Below, piece after piece: positions 1-7,587 of a stretch of 63,022 bases of DNA (positions within the stretch are counted from its first letter, which is position 1; each line of letters opens with the position of its first letter). Origin of the DNA: an uncultured Candidatus Bathyarchaeia archaeon. GTDB taxonomy: Archaea; Thermoproteota; CALKCG01; B24. The stretch is taken from assembly GCA_964568845.1 (NCBI GenBank), contig CAZMSC010000007.1, positions 1-63,022 on the forward strand, written 5' to 3'. The position numbers and the translations under genes were made by a program. The notes beneath the pieces were generated by a model that saw nothing but the letters and a program-made list of their open reading frames with translations, was not told the origin of the DNA and made no database searches.

Positions 1-102
1 TTGAAGTCGTTTTAACGGATACGATCATGAGCGACTTGACTAAGCAAACAGCCCTCGCTAGGGAAACTCTTAAAGCGGCTTTGAGGTCTCATATGTAGAC
101 TG

Positions 103-783
103 TTGAAGCGGATAGTCTATGCTGTAATACCGGTGAAAGACCCATGTGAAAGCAAGACGAGACTGTCTAGTATTTTGAACCCTGAGTCTAGGAAGAGGCT
201 GACGTTGCTTATGCTTGAAGATGTGATCTCAACTTTGAAACTCTCTAAAACGTTAACTGGAATAGTCGTCGTAAGCTCTAGTCCAGAGGTTTTAGATTTG
301 GGGAGAAGCTTAGGCTGTGAAACCGTTAGAGAAGAGGCTGGAGGCGTTGGACTCAACAAGGCTGTGGAATTGGGAGTGGAGTATGCTGGGAAACTCGGAG
401 CAGAAGCCGTACTGATACTGCCGGCGGATATACCTATGATAAACCCTGAAGACGTCGAAGGGCTACTTTTGATGGGTTTTAATTTGGAAAAACCCTACGT
501 AGTTGTATCTCCGTCTAAGGATGGAGGGACAAACGCTTTAATGCTAAGTCTCCCTACTCCGATAAACTTCAGGTTTGGACCTGATAGCTATAGGCTACAT
601 CTATACGAGGCAGAGAAAACAAGGTCTAATATAGCTGTCTTCCACTCTAGGAGGATGGTGCTGGACGTAGATAATGAGAAAGACGTCCTCCTCTTTTTAA
701 GATATGGGAGAGGTAGAAAATCTTGGACTTATTTAAAGGAGACGTTTAGAGCATCGTGTTGTCGGCTCCCTGTTAGACGTTAA
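103..783 (+). CDS. cofC: 2-phospho-L-lactate guanylyltransferase-like protein (CofC family, F420 biosynthesis)
   Basis: The N-terminus AVIPVKDPCESKTRLS, the later LILPADIPMI and the DGGTNAL motif resemble the CofC/MobA-like nucleotidyltransferase fold. The start codon is TTG. Confidence 0.65.
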   Translation: MKRIVYAVIPVKDPCESKTRLSSILNPESRKRLTLLMLEDVISTLKLSKTLTGIVVVSSSPEVLDLGRSLGCETVREEAGGVGLNKAVELGVEYAGKLGAEAVLILPADIPMINPEDVEGLLLMGFNLEKPYVVVSPSKDGGTNALMLSLPTPINFRFGPDSYRLHLYEAEKTRSNIAVFHSRRMVLDVDNEKDVLLFLRYGRGRKSWTYLKETFRASCCRLPVRR

Positions 784-793
784 CGTTCTAGTT

Positions 794-1408
794 TCAAGCC
801 TTTCTAGCAGAGGTAAACCTTCGGCTGAGGATGGGTAGAAGCCTCCCATATATCAGTTGAGCTGGGAGGAAGGCGATTAAGACTTGAGACGCATTGTACA
901 CTCCCGTGAGAGCCAGTATGTAGGCCGCGTTTGAAGTAAACCAATCTATCGTAGGCTGGGGGAATGGAAGTTTAGGTACTATTAGAAGAATGAAGGCTAG
1001 GTTTGGGAAAGTCATTAGAACAACTCTTAAAACTACAGCAGAACATACGGCGAGCTTCCACCGCTTCTCTTCGATTAAAGCCAGTCCGGCTAATGTCGAC
1101 GCTATGCCCAATCCCTTCATAATGGGTCCGAAGAAGGGTATGCCTGTACAACTCATTATAAGCACGCTAAAGCTATCTATGTTTATCGATAGTCCTAATA
1201 CTACTAAGACCGTTGAGAGCAGTGCGGGTTTGAGTCCAACCGCTAAGTATAGGAGGTATATGACTATTTCAGCGGGGTCGTAGAGTAGGTAGTTTAAAGG
1301 TGGAAACGGTAGGAAGTGGCTTACGCCTGTAAGTTCAATAAAATATGCTAGAGCTCCGAATACTGTTGAAAGCGCTACAACACCGCTGGCGCTCTTTAAA
1401 CGGCTCAC
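794..1408 (-). CDS. Polytopic membrane protein, possibly ECF-transporter S-component-like
   Basis: The 204-aa protein is mostly hydrophobic with about 6 TM segments. The LYDPAEIVIYLL..GLKP pattern is reminiscent of ECF S components. No specific family was recognised. Confidence 0.35.
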   Translation of the reverse strand: MSRLKSASGVVALSTVFGALAYFIELTGVSHFLPFPPLNYLLYDPAEIVIYLLYLAVGLKPALLSTVLVVLGLSINIDSFSVLIMSCTGIPFFGPIMKGLGIASTLAGLALIEEKRWKLAVCSAVVLRVVLMTFPNLAFILLIVPKLPFPQPTIDWFTSNAAYILALTGVYNASQVLIAFLPAQLIYGRLLPILSRRFTSARKA

Positions 1409-1459
1409 AAGGTCTTCTTTTTAGAAGGACTGACTTATATTTTTTACTCAAAATTTAAA

Positions 1460-1481
1460 TTTTACTCAATTTTGAGTAAAA
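1460..1481. promoter_or_regulatory. Perfect 10+10 bp inverted repeat, a candidate operator in a divergent promoter region
   Basis: The sequence is ttttactcaa|tt|ttgagtaaaa. An extra half-site copy, ttttactcaaaatt, lies at 1442-1455. The site sits between the divergent genes 794..1408(-) and 1601..2320(+). Confidence 0.4.
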
Positions 1482-1600
1482 TTCTGCCACGGCTTAAGAA
1501 GCCATACACCTCTCCCAGTGTCTTTTATGACTTAAAACTATCATTATAATCATCCAACTAATTATTTCATAAAAATAGTTAACAACATTTTAATTCATAA

Positions 1601-2320
1601 ATGATAAGTCTTAGGCTGATGCAAAAAGACTGGATTAAAACTGGGATTAAAGGCTTAGACGAACTTTTACAAGGTGGAGTCGTAGAGGGGTCGACTGTTG
1701 CCCTCGTGGGTCCTGTTGGAACGTTGAAGTCTTATATCGGCTATCAATTCCTCTGCGAAGGTTTGAGGAGGAATGAGAAATGCGTATGTATAAATACAAA
1801 CCAAGATTTAGATACTTTAGACTTCCAGATGAGGGTGAACTTCAACTATAATATGAAACAATACGTAAATATAGGGTTGTTGAGGTTTGTATATTATTCC
1901 CCCTTCCTCATAGAGTATCATCCTCCTCCATTGGGAGAACTGCCTACAAGGCCTTCAGACGCCGGAACTATTAGAGATACTATTCAGAAGATAGAAGACG
2001 ATGTTACTAGAATACTCATATGTACCTTATCTCAGTTCTTCACCATAATAGGGGATGAGCGTCTAGTCATAGACCTAGTTTATAGATTAAAGGCTAAGGC
2101 TAAGCGAAATCGCGGTGTAGCGGTTTTCATCCTCGACAGTGGTGTTCAAAGTAGAAATGTTGAAGAAAACGTGAAATCCATCTGCGACTACGTCTTAGAA
2201 ACTAAAGAGGATCAAACATTGAGGAAAATAAGAATAGTTAAAGCTTTAACAAAGCATAATTTAGAGTGGCATAAACTCAACTTGACGAGCGAAGGCGTAC
2301 AGGTTGAACCGTTATTTTAA
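1601..2320 (+). CDS. KaiC/RadA-like RecA-superfamily ATPase paralog with a degenerate Walker A
   Basis: The TGIKGLDELLQGGVVEGSTVALVGPVGTLKS architecture is typical of KaiC/RadB-like proteins. The P-loop reads GPVGTLKS, with Leu where GxxxxGK[ST] requires Gly. Confidence 0.55.
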   Translation: MISLRLMQKDWIKTGIKGLDELLQGGVVEGSTVALVGPVGTLKSYIGYQFLCEGLRRNEKCVCINTNQDLDTLDFQMRVNFNYNMKQYVNIGLLRFVYYSPFLIEYHPPPLGELPTRPSDAGTIRDTIQKIEDDVTRILICTLSQFFTIIGDERLVIDLVYRLKAKAKRNRGVAVFILDSGVQSRNVEENVKSICDYVLETKEDQTLRKIRIVKALTKHNLEWHKLNLTSEGVQVEPLF

Positions 2321-2569
2321 CGTGCAACAATAAAGCTCTTTTTTATTTTTGACTTGAATGATTTACAGAGTTTTAGCCATAGATTTTTTCCATACATCCC
2401 CCAGACCCGCCTGTACAGCCTCTGCAATATTCATTCACACAGCATTCGCCACTTGGACGGCAAGAAGGATCTATGCAAGTTCTCCATTTAAAATTTAAAA
2501 AATTGCTATCAGAAAGACATTCATAGTATTAAAATTGCAATTTAAAAGAGGTTTACATTCAAAAGGGAG

Positions 2570-2645
2570 TGGACCCGGCGGGATTCGAACCCGCGATCTT
2601 GGGCTCCGAAGGCCCATGTCCTGATCCGGGCTAGACGACGGGTCC
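2570..2645 (-). tRNA. tRNA-Arg (anticodon UCG), no encoded CCA
   Basis: The reverse complement folds as a cloverleaf with a 7-bp acceptor stem GGACCCG/CGGGUCC. The anticodon arm is UGGGC-CUUCGGA-GCCCA, and the T arm is GCGGG-UUCGAAU-CCCGC. Confidence 0.9.
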
Positions 2646-2673
2646 TACAAAATAGTATTTAGAAGGGGATTAG

Positions 2674-3948
2674 TTAAGTATTATCTGACTCCAAGGCCTC
2701 AGGTATAACATGCGTGCCTTCTGGAACTGCGAGCACCTCGGCACCTCTACTTGTCAAGGAGAACGCTATTTCTAAGGCTTCTTCAGGGCTTGAAGCTGGT
2801 ATTAACATCATGTTTTCAAGTTCTTGAGCCGTTACACCTTTTGCATAGACGACTATACGACTTTTCGCGAGTATTCTAGCCATTACCTGCGCCTCCCACT
2901 GGTCTCTGATAGGTTCATGCTCCTTTATATGTCTAAGTAAAGCTGTTGGGTCTTTAAACTTTGAAACGAGCTGGTAGAAGTGCTCATGTGCCACTCCATC
3001 TCTGCATTCGGCTAAAAGCACGATCACACCGTTATTCTTTACTAGAAGCTCACCAACAGCCATGCCTTTAACGGCCTGGTATAGGTTTCTATCAGCTGGG
3101 TAGCCTCCACCGCTAACCACAACTATGTCTGCTTTTCTCTCAACCTTGACCTTTACGAAGCGTTCTAGAAACTCTACGGCAGACCTGTGAGTTTTTATAG
3201 GATCGCCTGAGAAGCACTTTGAAATCCCCCCTTCGAAGCCTAAGACAACGTTTACAACGGCGTCGAGCTCAGACATGGAAGAGGCTTCGCAAATATCCCT
3301 GTAGATTATATTTCTATCTAAAACTCCAAGCCTAGAACCGGGGTGGTTTATCATGGCGTAGGAGTGGTTTCTGTAGATTGTTTCAACGCCTGAAACCCCT
3401 GGAAGAATGATCTTCCCACCTCCACTGTATCCTGCGAAGAAGTGGGGTTCCACTGTACCACAGCCAACCCGTAAATCGGCCTCGAAAAGCCTACTGTTAA
3501 CCCATAGGGGGGTGCCCCAAGACGTCTCACCTAGATATGTCAGCTCATCTACCTTTGAAGCGTCGTGATTTACGACTTCAGCCTCTTCAAAGACTCTCCC
3601 ACTTAGAAGCTCTTCAAGCTGTTTTTGAGACGCTGGCGCATGTAATCCATTTGCCACGAGAACTGTAAATTCTCTAAACCCTTCTCCTTTGAGCTTTCGA
3701 ATGAGTGGGGGTAGAACCCTACTTAGCGGGGTGGCCCTAGTATAATCTGTAACTATGAGCAGAGCCTTAGAGCCTTTCTTTATAAATGGTGTCACCGGGT
3801 TTTCTAGGCTTCTTAAAACTTCATATTCTCCATCCGCGGAGGATGAGGGCCTAGACGTCTTTAAAACACTTATGAGGCTTCTATCCGGTAGTTCAAGTTC
3901 AACGTGTTCTTCACCGTATAGGAAACCGACCTTCAAACACCTCGCCAC
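2674..3948 (-). CDS. larA: LarA-like nickel-pincer-dependent racemase/epimerase (DUF2088 family)
   Basis: The 424-aa protein has the pattern ..DYTRATP.., ..GLHAP.., ..PHFFAGYSGGGK.. and ..NHPG.., which is characteristic of lactate racemase homologues. Confidence 0.7.
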   Translation of the reverse strand: MARCLKVGFLYGEEHVELELPDRSLISVLKTSRPSSSADGEYEVLRSLENPVTPFIKKGSKALLIVTDYTRATPLSRVLPPLIRKLKGEGFREFTVLVANGLHAPASQKQLEELLSGRVFEEAEVVNHDASKVDELTYLGETSWGTPLWVNSRLFEADLRVGCGTVEPHFFAGYSGGGKIILPGVSGVETIYRNHSYAMINHPGSRLGVLDRNIIYRDICEASSMSELDAVVNVVLGFEGGISKCFSGDPIKTHRSAVEFLERFVKVKVERKADIVVVSGGGYPADRNLYQAVKGMAVGELLVKNNGVIVLLAECRDGVAHEHFYQLVSKFKDPTALLRHIKEHEPIRDQWEAQVMARILAKSRIVVYAKGVTAQELENMMLIPASSPEEALEIAFSLTSRGAEVLAVPEGTHVIPEALESDNT

Positions 3949-4049
3949 ACATTTAAAAGTTCAGGGTCTATTTAAACATCTCCATACGCTTAAATTGTGT
4001 GAAGACTTATCTAGTATAATTGTTCAGTTGATACTGGAGGTGTTTCCTT

Positions 4050-4565
4050 TTGGATGTTTTTGAAGCGATTAAAAAGAGGAGGAGTATTAGACGTTATAAG
4101 AGGGATGCTAAGATTCCGGAAGAGCATCTCCTAAAGATTCTTGAAGCAGCTAGATTGGCGCCCTCCGCTGGCAACCGTCAACCTTGGAGGTTTGTAGTTG
4201 TCAAAGACCCTGAGGTTAAACGTAAACTTGCGGAGGCGTGTAACAATCAAACCTTTATAGCAGATGCGCAGGTGGCTATCACAGCGATTGGAGATCCATC
4301 GGCCTCACGGTGGTTTGCTCAAGATCCCATGATAGCCGTTGAACACATGGTTTTAGAGGCTACAGAGCTCGGTTATGGAACATGTTGGATAGGCGCATTC
4401 AATGAAGATGCTGTTAAGAGGGTTTTAAACATACCTTCCGAGCTTAAAGTCATATGCGTAATTCCAATAGGCGTTCCAGACGAAGAACCACCGGCTAGAC
4501 CTAGGAAAGCGGTTGAAGAGGTATTCCACCTCGATAAGTATGGAAGCCCGTATAGGGTTAAATAA
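4050..4565 (+). CDS. Nitroreductase-family FMN oxidoreductase
   Basis: AIKKRRSIRRY, LEAARLAPSAGNRQPWRF and a GYGTCWIG-type motif are present. Confidence 0.75.
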   Translation: MDVFEAIKKRRSIRRYKRDAKIPEEHLLKILEAARLAPSAGNRQPWRFVVVKDPEVKRKLAEACNNQTFIADAQVAITAIGDPSASRWFAQDPMIAVEHMVLEATELGYGTCWIGAFNEDAVKRVLNIPSELKVICVIPIGVPDEEPPARPRKAVEEVFHLDKYGSPYRVK

Positions 4566-5087
4566 GTGATGGAGATGAATGTAATATTGGAAAGCCTCGA
4601 CAAGTATATGCCCACCACTTACAACGCCATGAAGAAGACCGGTTTACTGTTGGGTTCAGCTGGATCTAATGGAAAGCCAAACCTTATGACGATAGGATGG
4701 GGGTTGATTGGGATAATATGGGCTAAACCGGTCTTCCTAGCGGCCGTCAGGATAACTAGGTATACGCATAGGCTTTTAGAGGAGAGCGGCGAATTCACAG
4801 TGAACGTTCCCACTGAAGATATGGATGAGGCGTGTAGGATTTGTGGAACAACATCTGGTAGGGAGGTTGACAAGTTTAAGGAGACTGGTTTAAAGTGGAA
4901 GCGCGGTGAATTCGTCAAAGCACCAGTTGTAGAAGGATGCCCTGTAGTTTATGAGTGTAGAGTCCTCTACAAGGATTCCGTTAAACTTCAAACGCTACCT
5001 GAAGACCTAGTTGAGAACATATATCCAAGGAGAGACTGGCACATCCTATACTATGGGGAGATCCTTAAAGTGCATGGGAAAGTTTGA
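4566..5087 (+). CDS. Flavin reductase-like FMN-binding domain protein
   Basis: GKPNLMTIGWG followed by TRYTHRLLEESGEFTVNV is typical of the split-barrel flavin reductase domain. The gene directly abuts the nitroreductase gene. Confidence 0.6.
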   Translation: MMEMNVILESLDKYMPTTYNAMKKTGLLLGSAGSNGKPNLMTIGWGLIGIIWAKPVFLAAVRITRYTHRLLEESGEFTVNVPTEDMDEACRICGTTSGREVDKFKETGLKWKRGEFVKAPVVEGCPVVYECRVLYKDSVKLQTLPEDLVENIYPRRDWHILYYGEILKVHGKV

Positions 5088-5256
5088 GTAACAGCTCCCA
5101 AATTTTATTTTTAATAATGTTTTAGCCCCTCTCATGTATGTTTTATGGGTTTAAAGGGCGCCTTTAAGCCGGGTTGGAGGAACAGCCTCAAGGATTTAAA
5201 GGCGTAACGCTTTTTAAGGAGAGAGTAATGTGTGTATGTGCTAAAGGTGAGGCTAA

Positions 5257-5646
5257 GTGTCGGCTAAAAAACCGTTTTACGTAAGATTTAATGTGCCTAA
5301 GGAGCTGGCGGATGCAGCCTATGAGACGATATCCATGGTTAAAGATACTGGTAAAATTAGACGGGGGGTAAATGAAGTCACAAAGTCTGTAGATAGAGGT
5401 GTTGCTAAGCTGGTGGTCATAGCTGAGGATGTGGATCCGCCTGAAATCGTAGCGCACCTCCCCCTCTTATGTGAGGAGAGGAAAGTCCCATACATTTACG
5501 TGCCGTCTAAAAGGCAGCTCGGCATAGCTAGCGGCATTGAGGTGGCTGCGTCTTCGATAGCTGTAGTAGACCCGGGAGAAGCGAAGGGAGTGTTTGAGGA
5601 GCTTATCTCTAAGATTGAAGCTCTTAGAAAAGGTGGAAGTCGATGA
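5257..5646 (+). CDS. rpl7ae: Ribosomal protein L7Ae
   Basis: [56 protein letters not shown] is present. The start is GTG, preceded by ggtgagg. Confidence 0.9.
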   Translation: MSAKKPFYVRFNVPKELADAAYETISMVKDTGKIRRGVNEVTKSVDRGVAKLVVIAEDVDPPEIVAHLPLLCEERKVPYIYVPSKRQLGIASGIEVAASSIAVVDPGEAKGVFEELISKIEALRKGGSR

Positions 5647-5864
5647 GCTCTAAGAGACCTAGAGAAGAGGAGCCTAGCCCAGCCGAGGTTATTCAAATAA
5701 TAGAGCGGACCGGTGTTACAGGTGAAATAGAGCTTGTTAGAGTCAGGATTCTAGCTGGACGTGAGAAGGGTAGGGTGATATCTAGAAACGTTAAAGGACC
5801 TGTTAAAGTGGGCGATGTGGTTCTTCTTAAAGAGACTGAGAGAGAGGCTAAACGTATAAGGTAG
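5643..5864 (+). CDS. rps28e: Ribosomal protein S28e
   Basis: [56 protein letters not shown] is present. The gene has a 4-nt start/stop overlap with L7Ae. Confidence 0.9.
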   Translation: MSSKRPREEEPSPAEVIQIIERTGVTGEIELVRVRILAGREKGRVISRNVKGPVKVGDVVLLKETEREAKRIR

Positions 5865-5883
5865 TTGCAGAGGGAAATAAGTT

Positions 5884-6081
5884 ATGCTGTCTAGAGCTAG
5901 AAAATGCTCCTTCTGCGGCTCGGAAATACCCGTCGGATCGGGGCTTATGTACGTTAAACGAGACGGTACCATACTCTGGTTCTGTTCGAGAAAATGTAGG
6001 GTTAGTATGTTGGAGTTTCACAGAGACCCTAGAAAGCTCAAGTGGACGGAATATCACGGGAAGAGGGAGAGGGGAAGTTAA
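5884..6081 (+). CDS. rpl24e: Ribosomal protein L24e
   Basis: [31 protein letters not shown] is a zinc-ribbon signature. Confidence 0.9.
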   Translation: MLSRARKCSFCGSEIPVGSGLMYVKRDGTILWFCSRKCRVSMLEFHRDPRKLKWTEYHGKRERGS

Positions 6082-6116
6082 GCTTATATTCAAATCACTA
6101 AAAGGTGGTGCCCTCT

Positions 6117-6704
6117 ATGAGGATAGTCGTTTTAGCTGTTCCGGGAGGAGGTAAAACCACTATAATGCGTTACGTTCAGATGAAGAAGCCTGACGTAACT
6201 ATTGTCAATTTTGGAGACTACATGTTTAAAGTTGCCCAAGAGCTCTACGGTGTTAAAGATAGGGATGAAATGCGTAAGAAGCTACCGCCTGAAGATTACG
6301 TTAAGCTTCAGGAGATTGCTGCTAGGGAAATATCCAACATACCCGGAGACGTTTTGATAGATACCCATGCATCTATAAAGATGGGGGGAGGCTATTATCC
6401 CGGATTGCCAGATGACGTAGTCAAACTGATGAAGCCGCACTACCTAATACTATTCGAATTCAACCCCGACGTCGTACTGTCTAGACGTATAAAAGACATA
6501 GGAGGCGTTAGAACAGGTAGAGACATGGAGGCTCCTGAAGAGATCGAACAGCAACAGCAAGTAAACAGGCTATTCGCAGCGGCTGCTGCAAACGCGGCTA
6601 GAGCCGTTTTACGCATAGTCAACCTACGCTTCCCCGAGAAACACCCATATGAGCACGCCGAAGTGGGAGCTGAAGAAATTCTGAAAATCCTTAGAACAGA
6701 GTAA
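6117..6704 (+). CDS. adkA: Archaeal-type adenylate kinase
   Basis: MRIVVLAVPGGGKTT is the P-loop. NFGDYMF..KDRDEMRK..LIDTHASIK..GYYPGLP is collinear with archaeal AdkA. The track ORF starts at 6105 (GTG), but the ATG at 6117 fits the family N-terminus. Confidence 0.85.
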   Translation: MRIVVLAVPGGGKTTIMRYVQMKKPDVTIVNFGDYMFKVAQELYGVKDRDEMRKKLPPEDYVKLQEIAAREISNIPGDVLIDTHASIKMGGGYYPGLPDDVVKLMKPHYLILFEFNPDVVLSRRIKDIGGVRTGRDMEAPEEIEQQQQVNRLFAAAAANAARAVLRIVNLRFPEKHPYEHAEVGAEEILKILRTE

Positions 6705-6975
6705 GCCATCTACGGCTTTACCAATGGACTTCCAGCGTTTAGAGTAGACCCCGCACTGCTCAACTCCTAGTTTGAGAGGTTCACAAGCCCAGTTAATGCA
6801 TAGACTATGCTAATGCGTAGGTTTAGGTTTTACTTCAGATTGGACTTTACTCAGGTATTTAAACTCCCTACGCTTCACTTAAGCAATGTTTTATGCACCC
6901 CCTCCATTGGGTGGGCAATCCTTTTATAAAACCCTACGGATAAAGCTTAAAAGTCTACATGCTCAATTTAACGTT

Positions 6976-7356
6976 ATGGCTATATTCCTTAGAATACTTC
7001 GGGAAGATTGGGCTCGTAGAGTTTTCGAAAATGGAACATACTATACTTCGCTTAGGAGAAAATGGGAGAAGGGTTTAGAATGCCTCTTCATAATGAAGAC
7101 AGATTTCGGGGACTCAGTGGTGGGCTACGGTATAATAGAAGATTATAAGACTAGGGAGGAGTGGCTTAAAAATGGAGGGGAGAACTTCACAGAGCATCCT
7201 TGGAAAACCGTCCTAATATTCGGGAAAACCGTGAAATTTCAAAACCCAGTCCCCATAAAAGAACTTCAACTCGACAAACGTTTGAGAGGCAAATATTTAC
7301 ATGGGCTGAAAGTGGATAGACTCTTAGTGAATAAGATACTTAACTTGTCAAGTTGA
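6976..7356 (+). CDS. Hypothetical protein, possibly a small PUA/EVE-like beta-barrel
   Basis: The track ORF is 6886..7356. The internal Met at 6976 (MAIFLRILREDW..) is the more plausible start. No motif was recognised, so the fold guess is weak. Confidence 0.3.
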   Translation: MAIFLRILREDWARRVFENGTYYTSLRRKWEKGLECLFIMKTDFGDSVVGYGIIEDYKTREEWLKNGGENFTEHPWKTVLIFGKTVKFQNPVPIKELQLDKRLRGKYLHGLKVDRLLVNKILNLSS

Positions 7357-7587
7357 CGTTGATAGAAATTTTAAAAGATTTATTACTACGTCAATCATTT
7401 AGACATATGAAAGTCGTTTGAGGAATTTTAGATTTTAAAGAAATATGCCTATGTTGAAAACATTTACACTGCGTTGGATCACTGGTTCAAATAGCATAGA
7501 CCAAGCCTATATAAAAATACGCCCTCTTGCATTGCTGACAGCAAAAGTTTTATAAATTATCTAGGGATATTAAGAGTCGGTGAAAGA

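Noticed and set aside
2373-2528. I considered a Cys-rich minus-strand frame downstream of tRNA-Arg (..WRTCIDPSCRPSGECCVNEYCRGCTGGSGGCMEKIYG*) as a metallothionein- or RiPP-like peptide.
   Set aside because: The frame is bounded upstream by TAA and has no ATG/GTG/TTG before the Cys-rich part. The only ATG nearby is in another frame and gives 18 aa. It is probably non-coding.
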